Below are positions 1 through 11,301 of a stretch of DNA of 64,000 nucleotides, piece after piece. Source of the DNA: an uncultured Planctomycetota bacterium (GTDB lineage Bacteria > Planctomycetota > Planctomycetia > Isosphaerales > Isosphaeraceae); the NCBI GenBank assembly GCA_963823665.1, contig CAWGMQ010000010.1, forward strand, positions 576,001 through 640,000. Reading direction: 5' to 3'. The position numbers were made by a program, and so were the translations under genes. Within the stretch, counting starts at the first letter, position 1; each line of letters opens with the position of its first letter. Under the pieces are notes generated by a model that was given only the letters and a program-made list of their open reading frames with translations, made no database searches and had not been told where the DNA came from.

Positions 1-152
1 CCGGAGTCCTGCGAAGCAAGCGCGTTCGCGTTCGCTACTGCCAGCGCTCAAAGGTATTGCCGGGTCCGCATGTCGGCCACGCCAGATTTGACGGCTCATT
101 CACTGCTCGCAAAATCGCGACTGCGACAGCTCCGATGCAAGCTGACGAGCAC

Positions 153-704
153 TCAGGGCTTGCTGAAATCATAATTCACATACCCGTCTTTGGCGAGCCG
201 GACCCCTGACTCCTCATACGCGGCGGGGTCGCTTGGCGCCCAGGTTCCGAGCCCGTCCACATAACGATTGAACATGCAGAACGCCGCCGCGATCAGAACG
301 GCATCGTGGATCGCCTTGTCATCGGCGCCAGCGGCGCGGGCGCGGTCGATATCCTGCGACTGCACAAGGCGCCCGTCGCGGCGCACCTTCTCAGCGATCG
401 CCAGCAGCGCCTCCATCTTCTCCGAGACGGGCGCGGCCGTCGCTTCCTCGAGCACCTGATCCACCAGATGCCGTTCTGCTCCGAAGTGCACGCGTGCCGC
501 CGCCGCATGCGACTGCATGCAAAAGCAGCACTCGTTTCCGGACGAAACATAGGCAGCGATCAATTCGCGTTCAGCGGAGGTCAGGGACGACGGTCCCCGC
601 AGCAGGGCCTCGGCCAGACCGCTCAGGTGCGTCTGCGTCTCGGGGTACGCGATCATCGGCCCGACGATACCGGGTGCGCCTTCAGGCAGCTTGATGTGTG
701 CCAT
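153..704 (-). CDS. Peroxidase-related enzyme, AhpD/carboxymuconolactone decarboxylase family
   Basis: ERELIAAYVSSGNECCFCMQSH (CxxC plus His) and AAAFCMFNRYVDGL are typical of CMD/AhpD-like proteins. Confidence 0.85.
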   Translation of the reverse strand: MAHIKLPEGAPGIVGPMIAYPETQTHLSGLAEALLRGPSSLTSAERELIAAYVSSGNECCFCMQSHAAAARVHFGAERHLVDQVLEEATAAPVSEKMEALLAIAEKVRRDGRLVQSQDIDRARAAGADDKAIHDAVLIAAAFCMFNRYVDGLGTWAPSDPAAYEESGVRLAKDGYVNYDFSKP

Positions 705-1043
705 TGAGAACCTCTGAAGTTGAAGAAAGAAAACAGTTGCGGGTGTTCGATACTCGGATCGGCAAACTCTGTCAGTGATTCATGTGTGTTCCTGTTCCTC
801 AAAAACGATGCGCGATCTGGAAGTCCTCTCGATGCGGAGTTTCTCTACGGAAGACTTGGAATTCGGTCCCCGCGCTCGCAGGCCGATACCGAGCCTGAAT
901 TCGCTTCTAGATTGCGATCGCGCCAGGCGCGGGCTGGCGAATTAGCCACCGATGCACGACGACGACCTGAGGCGGTCGAATTCATCGAGCGCAGGCAAGA
1001 GCACGGGGCCGTCTACGCAGGTGCGCACCCGGCGCGATCGGAG

Positions 1044-1487
1044 TCAAGAAATGGCAAACGAGCGGGGAGGACGTTCGATCAGGGATGTGCAAACCGGGGC
1101 CCGAACTGAGCATTGGCCAGTTGGGAGATGCCGTGAAGCCAGGTAGGTCTGCACCAGCGCCGTCGGCAGGGAGCACCAGAGTTCGCTCGCCGTTGAAGAC
1201 GCGCGTGCCGGCACTTGCGGCAGCCGGTTCCCTTCTGAGCAGGAAGCCCCGGCACAAGGCAATTTGCGACCGGGTAGCATCGGGCCTGGACTGCCCGGCA
1301 AAGCACCGGCGAGCACGAGTTGCTGCAGGTTTGAAAACGACCCGTGCGCCGATCGGCTCGTTTCTGTTAAGACGCCGCGACCGCAGCCCCCTTGAGCCGA
1401 TTTCGAAGTAACCCCAGCGAGCGCGACAGCCGCCACCATGGCTGCCGCGACTGATATCTTCGCGCGAATACGGGACGAAGAGAACAT
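1044..1487 (-). CDS. Small exported Cys-containing protein with C-terminal ERPPR motif
   Basis: Signal-peptide-like N-terminus, PCAGASCS motif, ends LIERPPRSFAIS; start could be 1487 or 1499. Confidence 0.55.
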   Translation of the reverse strand: MFSSSRIRAKISVAAAMVAAVALAGVTSKSAQGGCGRGVLTETSRSAHGSFSNLQQLVLAGALPGSPGPMLPGRKLPCAGASCSEGNRLPQVPARASSTASELWCSLPTALVQTYLASRHLPTGQCSVRAPVCTSLIERPPRSFAIS

Positions 1488-1652
1488 TTCCACTCGCATT
1501 CTTGAAGTTGCGTCCGGCCGGACATGGACAGTCAAAAGTTAACCCCGCGCGGATGAGATTTCAAGTGACGGTTGAGGACCTGTCGATCGATAGACCGGCT
1601 GAAGACGAAGGCGAGAGTGAACGCCAGACGGAGCGGCGGTCCTGAGAGCAAC

Positions 1653-2177
1653 TTATCCTTTAGAAGCAACGCGCGGTACTACGACCAGCTCAAACCAGCT
1701 AGAGACCCAGGCAAGAGCGTAAGCGAAACTCACCGGTGGGCCGGATAGCACGATTCCCAGGAACAATGGGAGAAACACAAATTGAAGAATCCAGTCACGA
1801 CCACCTGTGAATGAATTGGCCCACGGCTCGATCGGTGCCGACACGACCTCGGCGTATCCGAGGATGTAAACCTGGAAAGGTGTCAGCAGTGACGCAAGCA
1901 CGAGAGCCATGAGCTCGAGCCCAGCGAGGACAGTGAAGCGGGTAATCCGTGCGGCACGCCGCTCCTCTGGCTGCCGTCGCAGCGAGATCCGGTACCGCTT
2001 TGAAATCACGTACAAGCTGAAGAAGACGATATTCGCCAGCGGCAACAGGCCGCCAAGCAGCAGCAGATGAATGGCGCGTTCAGGAACATTGGCGAAGAAA
2101 CAGGCGCGAACCGCGGCGCAATTGCCAGCGATGATCGCAATCACCGCCATCCCCTTGGAAATAGAGAAGCGACGGAT
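1653..2177 (-). CDS. Hypothetical multi-pass membrane protein
   Basis: About four hydrophobic segments. Frame extends upstream of ATG 2150 to an ATC at 2177 preceded by GGAGGT, giving xRRFSISKGMAVIA. Confidence 0.6.
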   Translation of the reverse strand: MRRFSISKGMAVIAIIAGNCAAVRACFFANVPERAIHLLLLGGLLPLANIVFFSLYVISKRYRISLRRQPEERRAARITRFTVLAGLELMALVLASLLTPFQVYILGYAEVVSAPIEPWANSFTGGRDWILQFVFLPLFLGIVLSGPPVSFAYALAWVSSWFELVVVPRVASKG

Positions 2178-2408
2178 AGAGCACCTCCAGATTCACGAAA
2201 TGCAAGCTGAGACTTCTTGGCAAATCCGGATCTAACGCACAGGCCCCCGAGAACCAAAAGAAAGCCACGCCCGCCAACCACGCCGGGTTTGAGAGCTCAA
2301 TCATCGCGCACACGATCTCGTCGAACCCACAGGCGACCAGTGCCTATAGAGCCGAGCGCAACAACAGGCTCCCAAATCCACGGCGGAAAACGCGTGATGG
2401 CGCCCGAA

Positions 2409-2978
2409 TCACGACAACGGCTTCCGGCCCATCCAACTCGCGGTCCCAGATGTAGCAACGAGCGCGCGGATGTGTCGCTCGAGTTTTGCAATTGCCGTGA
2501 TTCGGCGATCATGTCCGCACTGGACGACGGCTGTCATCCGGCACACGTCGTTCCTCGAACAGCGGAAGCTTGGTGCCCTCAATGCGTCGATGCTCTTGGT
2601 TTTGCACGTCTCGACTCCGGGCGCGCCGTTCCCGCAGATTTCGAATGAAACATATCCATTGCGTGCGACCGGCTTCGATTCTTCCGGCCCGAGGGTGATT
2701 CTCAAATGCAATCCCAGCGCTCCTGAGTACTTCGCAAGATCGCCAAGCGTGAGCTCGCCGTCCGTCATATTTTCAAGCTTGGAAATCCTGCTTTGTGTGC
2801 AGCCGAAGCTGCGGGCGATGTCCTTTTGGGACAGCCCGCTCATGGCGCGCTTGATCATCAGATCCTTGATGACTCTTCGGTCAGCCAGTCTCCGTTCATA
2901 TGCGGCGGCGAATCCGTCATTGCCAGATGCTTCTTGCACCATGTCTGAGACGCTATTGTACGTCTTTCTGTCTGCCAT
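2409..2978 (-). CDS. XRE/Cro-type HTH protein, putative HigA-like antitoxin
   Basis: GLSQKDIARSFGCTQSRISKLE helix-turn-helix; overlaps the upstream toxin-like gene. Confidence 0.75.
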   Translation of the reverse strand: MADRKTYNSVSDMVQEASGNDGFAAAYERRLADRRVIKDLMIKRAMSGLSQKDIARSFGCTQSRISKLENMTDGELTLGDLAKYSGALGLHLRITLGPEESKPVARNGYVSFEICGNGAPGVETCKTKSIDALRAPSFRCSRNDVCRMTAVVQCGHDRRITAIAKLERHIRALVATSGTASWMGRKPLS

Positions 2979-3378
2979 GGTCCCGCTCCGCCTTTCCTCG
3001 CAGCTTGGTGATGAATGACTTGCAGAATTGAATGGCGTCTTTCTGTGTCCACTGGTCTCCTATCGTGAGGAGATGCAACTCCCTCGCGACAATGTCTGGG
3101 TAGACGTACAGCCGCGTCTCGGCGAGATTTGGGCCACCCCCCTTTTGATCAATCGCGACAACTCCGAGCGGCTCGTCATGGGTGAAGCCAAATCTGATCT
3201 GCAAAGGCTTGACGCCATTATTAAGCGTTTTCATGTATGTATCGAGGTTGTCGAGGACCGCAACGAGCTCCTTCGGATGCTTCTTCGTGTAACGCTTTTG
3301 TCGCCTCTCATATTCCTCATGGCGCCGAATGACCCAGGGATCACCGGATCCATCGGACATTCTGATTTCCGTGCTCAC
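2953..3378 (-). CDS. Putative RelE/HigB-like toxin
   Basis: Basic ~140 aa ORF with RLYVY...LLTIGD..TQ..D pattern, directly upstream of and overlapping an HTH gene. Confidence 0.5.
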   Translation of the reverse strand: MSTEIRMSDGSGDPWVIRRHEEYERRQKRYTKKHPKELVAVLDNLDTYMKTLNNGVKPLQIRFGFTHDEPLGVVAIDQKGGGPNLAETRLYVYPDIVARELHLLTIGDQWTQKDAIQFCKSFITKLRGKAERDHGRQKDVQ

Positions 3379-3856
3379 GAGAATTATATTCCAGTTTGGA
3401 ATTTTGTCCAGATCGAGCTAGCTCGCGCAGTTCCGCGCATTTGGCAAATCGCCAATTGCCGCCGAGGTCGCCCGAGGCGCGTGATTCCGCCTCATTTGGC
3501 TAACGGCGACACCATCGGAAGTAGGCGTTTCGGATCTCTCTTGATGAAGACGGAGTATCCTGCCGCGCCCGACCGTCTGGGGCAACACAGTTGAGCACAC
3601 CGGTGAGGCGCACGACGATCGCCTATATGCCAGCGCGCCAGCACGGAACTTGCTCTTTCCCCATTCGGAACGATCTGGTATGAATCCCCCCGCATCAACC
3701 GCCGCACTTCTCGGTCTGCGCTTGATTTGCGCCCCAGATCGCGTTGTGCTGCGGCTTCTCCCTGTCCAGACGCAGCTCGGACCATCGAGTCTCACATCTC
3801 TCTCGCGTTCAAGGCGTCGCGTAGACCAGGGCGTTCCCAAGGAGGGGATCGATTCC

Positions 3857-5890
3857 ATGGGCCGGCGACTACTGTTGATTCTCGGAATCTTGCTCGCGGC
3901 ATCCTCCGGCGGCAGCACTGCGCTCGCGCAGGAACAGGACCAGGGGCAAGACCGCCCGCCGGCCGCGCCGACGCCGGTCCCCTTCTCCCCACCCTCGGGC
4001 GACACCAACGCCGAGACTGCGATTCCCGAGGACCTGAAATTGCCTCCGGCTCCGGTTGAAGCCGGTGAGAAGATCGACGAGCCCGCGAGCCGCCCTGCGG
4101 CGAAAGACGACAACACCGGCGATTCCCACCCGCGAACCGTCAAGTCCACCCCGGCCAATCCCAGGGGGAAGTCCGCGAAAGAGAAAGACAAGGAAAAGGG
4201 GAAGGGGCCAGCGACCGAGGAGGAGAGCGAGCCCCCCCGTCAACTGGACGCCGGAATTGATGATCTCATCCGCGGCGCAAAGCCAAAGGGCAAGGATCCG
4301 CTGCGCATCCGCACCGATCCCAGCGTGGTTCGCACTCAAGGACCGGCCGCCCCTGACGGTGCGCCCGCCTGCGCCGGCTCGCACGGAAGCCACCGGCCCG
4401 ACCGTGGACCGGCTTCCCATCGGCAAGCAATCGGTCGCCGTGACGGTCGACGTCCAGGCTCCCGCCAGCATGAATTTGAACCAGGTCGCGAATCTCAAGC
4501 TGTCCATCCGCAACACCGGGACCTCGGATGCGCTCAACGTCGACGTCGAGGACGAGCTTCCCGAAGGACTCAAATATGTCGCCAGCGTCCCCGAAATGGT
4601 CCGATCGCACGAATCGCATCTGAGCTTCCGCATTCCCACGCTCGCGGCCGGCTCTGAGCGGACGATCAGCGTCAAGGTGAAGCCGACCAAGACCGGGCCG
4701 TTCGACCATGCCGCGACCGTGAAGTTCGAGACCGGCTGCCGGTCGCGCACACGAGTGCTCGAGCCCAAGCTCAAGGTCGACGTCGTTGCCAATCCCACCA
4801 CCGGAAAGGTCCTGAAGGGCCAGCCGGTCGAGTTCAAGGTGACCATCACGAATCTCGGGCGACGGCCGGGCGCGAAACGTCGCGATCCAGGCCAAGCTCA
4901 GCCCGGGCCTCCGCCACGATACTGCGCTCCAAGAGCGAAGATCCTGTCCTCTACGAGCTCACTCTGCCCGAGCTCTTGCCCGGCCACTCCGAGAAGCTCG
5001 ACACCTCGTCGCCGACGCCGTCATCGGCGGCGAGCAGAGTTGCACCGTCACCGCCAAGAGCGATGACGTCGTCTTCGTGCAAGAAGACGCCCAGGTGACC
5101 AAGACCATCGCCGTGGTCACGCCCCAGCTCGAGGTCCACGTCGTCGGCCCCGACCAGCGTTTCACCGATACCATCGCAGACTACGAGGTCATTCTCCAGA
5201 ACTCGGGCACCGCCCCGGCCCGGAGAATCCGCGTCACCACCACGCTGCCGACCAGCGGAAAACTGGTCGGTCAGCGTCCCCCCGACGCGCGCTACGACGC
5301 GACAACCCGCCGGCTCACATGGACGATCGACCAGATCGACCCGCAGGCCAAACCACTCTCATTTCCGTTCCATGTCCGGGTGGGCGACAAGGGCCGCTAC
5401 GAAGTGCTCGCCGAGGCGAGCGGCGACAGCGGCCTCAAGGAAGACAGACCTCAAGCGCACCGACGTCCTCGGCATGCCCGACGTCGATGTGCTCGTGAGC
5501 GAAGCCAAGCGAGTCGTCGATCAGGGCGGACAGACCACGTTCGAGATCCGCTTGAGAAACTACGGCACCAAGGACGCGACCAACATTCAGGTCACCGCCA
5601 CACTCTCGCCCAACCTCGAAGTTCAGAAGGTAGGCGGCGGGTCGAAGGAAGTCTCAATGCAAACGTCGCCGACTAAGGACAAAGTCATGTTCTCCCAGAT
5701 CCCCAAGCTGGGGCCGGGAAAAGAGATGACCCTCTGGACGACCGTGAAAGTCATCGGCCCGGCGCCGAAGCTCGCGACTTGCAAGGTGGTCATCACCCAC
5801 GACGATCTGAGCGATACGTTCGAAGACATGGCCGGCGTCAAGGTAACCGCCGCCCGCGGTGCCGCCCCCGAAGCGACGAGCAAGCAATAG
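3857..5890 (+). CDS. Secreted DUF11 (OmcB-like) repeat protein, split by several frameshifts
   Basis: Signal peptide, then repeated xxNxGxxxAxNVxVxDxLP motifs spread over ORFs 3650, 4056, 5077 and 5372. Confidence 0.75.
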
Positions 5891-6000
5891 CGATCAAAGC
5901 AGGAACCGCTGCCATTCGCTCCGCGAAATTGCGTCCGCGCTCGCCCGCTCCGGCGGCAGAACTTCGGCCCTGCGTGGCACCGGCACTGCCGGTGGTCCGG

Positions 6001-6030
6001 TGTAGCAGGCACACTCCGTGTGCCGCCCGC
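6001..6030 (+). repeat. GTAG-type REP-like hairpin, family A copy 1
   Basis: TGTAGCAGGCACACTCCGTGTGCCGCCCGC with stem GGCACAC/GTGTGCC; 29/30 identical to 9401-9430. Confidence 0.75.
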
Positions 6031-6070
6031 TGAACGCGCTCGATGGGTGGCACCGGCTCCGCCCGTAGCC

Positions 6071-6119
6071 CTCGTTCCCACGCTCCGCGTGGGGATGTCC
6101 CAGCTACCGCTCTGCGGCG
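6071..6119 (+). repeat. REP-like element, family B copy 1
   Basis: CTCGTTCCCACGCTCCGCGTGGGGATG...CCGCTCTGCGGCG; similar to 41094-41143. Confidence 0.65.
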
Positions 6120-6247
6120 AGCCCGACTCTGGTCTGGCAACTCGATGAGTGACCCGTTCCCGTACGTCCGCGTTGCTCAAAACGAGTTCGCGACGGCCCG
6201 AATGACCCAGTCGGCATGCAGCCTATCGAACCCGACGCGGCAACCCC

Positions 6248-6847
6248 TCACAACACCACCCCCGGCTCCTGCTTGTAAGCCGACCCGATCCTGCAAAGCT
6301 GCTCGAGCAGCGCGGCAAATAAGTCAAACAGCGATTTCAGCCGCTCCACGTCCTTGATCACCCCCACGACCAGGAAATGCAGCTCATCGACATTGTCCGG
6401 AAACTTGGGCCCAAACCACCCCTCGCTGTCTTTCACATCAAGCTTGATCGTCGGCTGAGCCTGCACGAGCGCCCTGAGCTTTTTGTCGGCGAAGAGATGC
6501 TGCACTCTCGGCTCGTTATTTCCCTGGATGATGAACGCTTCGTCGAATTCCGGATCGCCCACCTCGATGTCCTGCATGCCCAGCATCTTGCCTAGCCCGC
6601 TGAAAACTCCCTTCCGGTAGATCGTGAACCGGAAGCCCTCCGTGTTGAAGTAAGGAGCACGCATGCGAGTATAAGTGATAGACGATTTTCCCGTTGAGAC
6701 CGTGTAGGTATCAAGGGTAATCGTCCATGGCCCGACAACCGCCTGCACCGTGTTCCCTTTCCATCCGCCACCTTCGACAAACTTCGCGCCGATCTCCGCG
6801 CAAAGCTGCCGCCACACTTCATCTTTGCTAGGACCGAAGAACGCCAT
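6248..6847 (-). CDS. Conserved hypothetical protein (DUF3137-like)
   Basis: Clean 199 aa ORF with GMQDIEVGDPEFDEAFIIQG motif and upstream GGGAG. Confidence 0.7.
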   Translation of the reverse strand: MAFFGPSKDEVWRQLCAEIGAKFVEGGGWKGNTVQAVVGPWTITLDTYTVSTGKSSITYTRMRAPYFNTEGFRFTIYRKGVFSGLGKMLGMQDIEVGDPEFDEAFIIQGNNEPRVQHLFADKKLRALVQAQPTIKLDVKDSEGWFGPKFPDNVDELHFLVVGVIKDVERLKSLFDLFAALLEQLCRIGSAYKQEPGVVL

Positions 6848-6965
6848 CGGAAACTCCCTTCAGAATGACAGTCGACGCAGTTCACCACGGCGTGACCACG
6901 GTCGTGAAACCGTGGTCTGGACGGGGAATGTGTGCCTCGCACGTCAGTGCGACCGCCCCGGCGGA

Positions 6966-7520
6966 TCACGCTTGCGCCCAGGATAATCCCATGCTCTCCC
7001 CTTCCAGATCGATACCCCACTCACTTTTCACGAACTCGGGAACGAAACCCATCGTCGCCCTCCCATCCGCCCACCAGATCGTCTCCTGCCGCCTGGCGAT
7101 CTCGGTGGAGAGATAGCGAGGATCAGGCAGCATCCCCACCCGTCCCAGGTCGAGCCGGTCCGCGTCCCAGCACGTCTGGATCGTACGGTCCGGATGGGTG
7201 CGCTCCCGCGTGTGGCCAGCGCACGCGCGATGCAACAGGCGGAAATGCTCATCATCAATTTCAAATACTTCACCCCGAAGTGCCCGCGCCAGCTCCGCCG
7301 CGCGCGGCCCGTGCTGCGGATCGTGGTGTTCGTTCACGCGCCGGCAATCGTGCAGCACGGCGAAAAGCTGAACCACTTCAATCGTGGCACCCGTCTCCTC
7401 CGCCAGACGAAGCCCATTCTCGAGCACCCTGGCCCAGTGCGCCACGCCGTGAAATCCAATCCAGGGCAGAGTGTAGTCCTCGAGAACGGTGTGCAAGATC
7501 AGTGGCAGATTCAGGGGCAT
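6966..7520 (-). CDS. HD-domain phosphohydrolase
   Basis: [17 protein letters not shown] and [13 protein letters not shown] motifs. Confidence 0.85.
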   Translation of the reverse strand: MPLNLPLILHTVLEDYTLPWIGFHGVAHWARVLENGLRLAEETGATIEVVQLFAVLHDCRRVNEHHDPQHGPRAAELARALRGEVFEIDDEHFRLLHRACAGHTRERTHPDRTIQTCWDADRLDLGRVGMLPDPRYLSTEIARRQETIWWADGRATMGFVPEFVKSEWGIDLEGESMGLSWAQA

Positions 7521-7727
7521 GGCACTCTGTCTCTCTTCATTGGCGGAGTGGCACCTCCACGAAGCCGAATGGTGCCGCGCAGCGATTCTTATCATACCGC
7601 GCGACCGGTCCTCTCCGCTGGCCCGCGACCGTCGTTCAGCGGCCGGCTGCAGGGGCGAACACGTTCGCGGCCAGCTCCGCCTCGCACCCCGTCAAGGAAG
7701 AAGAGGTTCCGAGGCCAGGCGCCAGAG

Positions 7728-8270
7728 ATGGCGACCAGCAACGTCTTCTTCGTTGCCGTCGTTACCTTCTGTTCAAAGACTTATGGAATCACGGTCGGGA
7801 AGGCGACGCTCCTGGCCAACCTCGAGCTGCTCGAGGGCGCAGGGGGCCACCCCGCCACGATGGCCTGGTGGCAGAAGAACAAGGAAGCCTGGGACCAGAC
7901 CCGCACCGAGCTCCAGACCCCGCTCGCCGCAATGCAGAACTACCTCGCCTGGCTCAAGCGACTTCCGGGCAAGCCGGTCTTCGTGCGCTACCCGGCTGCG
8001 TATGACTTTCTCTTCGTCTACTGGTACTTGATTCGTTTCGCCGGCGAGAGCCCGTTCAGTCACTCGGCGCTCGACATCAAGACCTTTGCCATGGCCATGC
8101 TGCGTGTGCCATACCGCGACGCAACCAAACGGAACATGCCAAAGCAATGGTTCTCAGACGCTCCGCACACGCACAACGCTCTGGACGACGCAATTGAACA
8201 GGGCCGGCTGTTCTGCAACATGCTCGCCGAACACCGGCGTCAATGTGCTGCCGCCGGCAATTCACCGTGA
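7728..8270 (+). pseudogene. DEDDh 3'-5' exoribonuclease (Rv2179c-like), N-terminally truncated
   Basis: YPAAYDF, ALDIKT and HTHNALDDA are present, but the N-terminal DxE motif was not found. Confidence 0.6.
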
Positions 8271-9271
8271 CCGCGATACCACGCGACGATATCGGCCAGT
8301 GTCTCGTCGAACGGCCGAAAAGATACGCCGATCTCCCGCTCGCTCTTGGCGTGGTTCATACGGCTTCGCTCGTTTTCACGCGCGAGCAATTTCACCGACG
8401 CCAGGCTGATCAGCACGGGTCGACCGGTGATTCTGGCATAAGCCTCATACCCGGTCGCGATCACGAACAAGAGCGGGATCGGAATGCGCAAGCTCGGTGC
8501 TTTGGTCCCGGTCGCGCGCTCGAGGCCCGCGGCGACTTCGTACATCGTCATGTGACGCCCCGCGCACAGGTACTTCTCGCCACGCCGCCCGCGTTCTGCC
8601 ACCGCAACCGAAAACGTCGCCACGTCGCGGGCATCGACCACCGCGAACGACCCCGGCACCAGCCCGGGCAGCTTCCGCCGGGCGAAATCGAGCACGAGCT
8701 GGCCGCTGGCGGTCGGGCCGGCGTCGCCGGGTCCGAACATGAATCCGGGAAGCACGAATGTCGCGTCGAAATCCGCATGGCTCTCGAGAAAGGCCATGAT
8801 CGCGTGATCGCACAAGATCTTGCTGCGGAAGTAATCGTTCGCGTCAGCCTCGGCCCGTGGCATCGTCTCGTCAATGCGCGATCCTGGCGGCCCGTCCAGC
8901 ACGCCCCCCGACGAGGTGTGCACCATCCTCCGCACCCCCACCCCATACGCAGCGTCCAGCAGTGCCTCGGTCCCCGTCACATTAACGCGAAAAAGCTCGT
9001 CCCAGTGCCGTCCACCCTTGTAACTGTCGCGAAAGAACGCCGCCGTATGGAACAGCACATCCACCCCTCGCAACGCCTCCTTGAACGACGAAATGTCCTT
9101 CATGTCCCCCTCGACAATCTCCACGTCCAGTCCGCCGAGAAGGTCCTTGGCTTTTGGCCGCGAGCGCACGAGCGCCTTCACGCGATGCCCTCGCTCCACG
9201 AGCGCGCGCACCAGGTTGTTCCCCAGAAGCCCGGTCGCACCGGTAACGAAAGCGGTCGTGAACGGAGTCAT
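8240..9271 (-). CDS. NAD-dependent epimerase/dehydratase (extended SDR, dihydroflavonol reductase-like)
   Basis: [18 protein letters not shown] and YFRSK motifs. Confidence 0.9.
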   Translation of the reverse strand: MTPFTTAFVTGATGLLGNNLVRALVERGHRVKALVRSRPKAKDLLGGLDVEIVEGDMKDISSFKEALRGVDVLFHTAAFFRDSYKGGRHWDELFRVNVTGTEALLDAAYGVGVRRMVHTSSGGVLDGPPGSRIDETMPRAEADANDYFRSKILCDHAIMAFLESHADFDATFVLPGFMFGPGDAGPTASGQLVLDFARRKLPGLVPGSFAVVDARDVATFSVAVAERGRRGEKYLCAGRHMTMYEVAAGLERATGTKAPSLRIPIPLLFVIATGYEAYARITGRPVLISLASVKLLARENERSRMNHAKSEREIGVSFRPFDETLADIVAWYRGHGELPAAAH

Positions 9272-9400
9272 GTCGGCCACTCGTCGAAGGATGTTGCCGG
9301 ACCAGTGTTCCATGTCATTACGTCCGGAATGTCGCCATACTACCCGCCCCGTCGCCCAGGAAGAACCGTCCGCCGGTTGTCGCGTGTGGACGACGATCCA

Positions 9401-9430
9401 TGTAGCAGGCACACTCCCTGTGCCGCCCGC
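9401..9430 (+). repeat. GTAG-type REP-like hairpin, family A copy 2
   Basis: Near-identical to 6001-6030. Confidence 0.75.
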
Positions 9431-9581
9431 GTCATTCATCGGTCATGCGCTGATCATCTTGCCAGCACATCGCTCCGCGGAGGAGCATGGATTCACCACA
9501 AAAATCGAGATCGTGGAATACAACATCGGCGTGGTGCGTCCAAGGTGTATGAGAAGTGTCGCCAATATGGAGGGTATTACC

Positions 9582-10472
9582 ATGCATCAGCCCCCTGTGA
9601 ATCGAAGCGGGATCTCGTTCACGCTCAGAGCGCCTGCGTGTTTCTCGGTGCTGGGCGCCATCCTGATCATTGCATCGACCGGCTCCGGCCTCGGCGATCG
9701 CCGGGCCGCCCACGGCCAAACTGCGAAGGCGGCACCAAGTGCGCCCTCGGCGGGAGGCTCTGGCAGCCTCGACGAGATGCGAGCGCTCATCCGCGAGCTC
9801 GAATCCCAGGCCGAAGTGCAGCGTGATCAGCTCCAGAACACCGAAACCAGCTTGCGGCGGGCGCGAGCGATCCTCACCGATCTCGAACGAGTCCAGCAGC
9901 CCCAAGAACCCATCTCGCCTGAGCGTTCATCCAAGCACACGTTCAATCCCAATGATCCGATGCAGGGCGAGACGCTCTCTCAGCAAGCGCTGGCTGAGAA
10001 AACGCCATGGTCATGGTCTGTCGAAACCGCGACTCCCGAGGCGTGTGCCCGCCACTTCGGCGGCGGTTACGACGTCGAGATCAAAGCCCCCGATGTGCCC
10101 TCCCTGCCGCCGATGGTCGAGGTTCGAAAAGGCGGCAACACCATCGTGTCCTGGCGCGCGCACATCGCGTCGGTCTTCCTGCGAGGGGTCGATACACTTT
10201 ATTACGCCGAATTCAGTCCCTATTCCTCCGGCTGTAGCATTGTCGCTTACCACCTCAAGCATGGCGAACAATGGAAGACCCCGCTCTGGGGCATCGGGCC
10301 GCTCGGTAATTCGATGTACACGAACCGCGTCAACATGAAACTGGACGGCAACCACGTGATCCTTTACGGCGACGAATCCGCCGGCCGCTACATCCAGCTC
10401 CTCGACATTCGAACCGGCAGAGTCGTCGGGCGCCGCAGAGGCGCGGACTTGAAGCTCACCGTGCCGAGGTGA
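9582..10472 (+). CDS. Hypothetical exported protein with coiled coil and beta-rich C-terminal domain
   Basis: Hydrophobic N-terminal segment, coiled-coil-like LIRELESQAEVQRDQLQ, C-terminal ESAGRYIQLLDIRTG; start uncertain. Confidence 0.6.
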   Translation: MHQPPVNRSGISFTLRAPACFSVLGAILIIASTGSGLGDRRAAHGQTAKAAPSAPSAGGSGSLDEMRALIRELESQAEVQRDQLQNTETSLRRARAILTDLERVQQPQEPISPERSSKHTFNPNDPMQGETLSQQALAEKTPWSWSVETATPEACARHFGGGYDVEIKAPDVPSLPPMVEVRKGGNTIVSWRAHIASVFLRGVDTLYYAEFSPYSSGCSIVAYHLKHGEQWKTPLWGIGPLGNSMYTNRVNMKLDGNHVILYGDESAGRYIQLLDIRTGRVVGRRRGADLKLTVPR

Positions 10473-10632
10473 GTGATACCGAGCACGGCCCCACGATCGA
10501 GACCCCCCGGCGGAAATACGTTCGCAAACTGCGGACGAGACCGACGGTATTAAACCTGGTCCGGGTAGGCGACCTCGTAAGTTTCAAGTAATATTGACCA
10601 TGCAAAGAGATCTTCGTTTCCGGGGCACCGCA

Positions 10633-11253
10633 ATGGCGACCGCACCGCACACCATGACTGATGTTCCATCCAGCCAGGAATGGAAGGACGTGCTCGAAGA
10701 AATACTTCCGCGGCAGGGCCAGTGGAGCGAGCAAGAGTATCTCGTTCTGACCGACCACCGGACGCGCCTGATCGAGTTCACCGACGGTTTTCTGGAAGTT
10801 CTGCCGATGCCGACCGACAAGCACCAGGCGATCTTGGGGTTCCTCTACACTGCCTTCCTGAGCTTCATCGAGCCTCGAGGCGGCAAGGTCCGCTTTTCGC
10901 CGTTGCGGCTGCGAATTCGGTCGGGTAAGTACCGCGAACCCGATCTTCTGTTGCTGCGACATGCCGACGATTCGCGCCGCCAGAACCGGTTCTGGCTCGG
11001 CGCCGATCTGGCTCTCGAAGTCGTCAGCGAAGAGAAACCGGAACGAGACCTGGTTGAGAAGCGGGGCGACTACGCCGAGGGCCGCGTTCCGGAATACTGG
11101 ATCGTTAACCCGCAGTCACAAACAATCACGGTCCTGGCATTGCGCGGAGATTCTTACGTCGAAGCAGGCGTCTATCCGCGCGGGGAAACAGCAGCATCGG
11201 TGGCGCTGCCGGACTTTTCGGTCGCCGTTTCCGCGGTTTTCGACGCCGATTGA
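10633..11253 (+). CDS. Uma2 (DUF820) family endonuclease
   Basis: REPDL, LALEVVS and KRGDYAEGRVPEYWIVNP motifs. Confidence 0.9.
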   Translation: MATAPHTMTDVPSSQEWKDVLEEILPRQGQWSEQEYLVLTDHRTRLIEFTDGFLEVLPMPTDKHQAILGFLYTAFLSFIEPRGGKVRFSPLRLRIRSGKYREPDLLLLRHADDSRRQNRFWLGADLALEVVSEEKPERDLVEKRGDYAEGRVPEYWIVNPQSQTITVLALRGDSYVEAGVYPRGETAASVALPDFSVAVSAVFDAD

Positions 11254-11301
11254 AGCGGCAGACCCGGCAACGCCGCGATCGCTGCTCCAATCCGCGTCGC
11301 T

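Noticed and set aside
8243..9826. Long antisense and alternate-frame ORFs (e.g. 8243-9826, 15198-16379, 28510-29820, 54186-55505, 61564-62787)
   Set aside because: Shadow ORFs of real genes in high-GC DNA; Arg/Pro/Ala-rich with no recognisable motifs.
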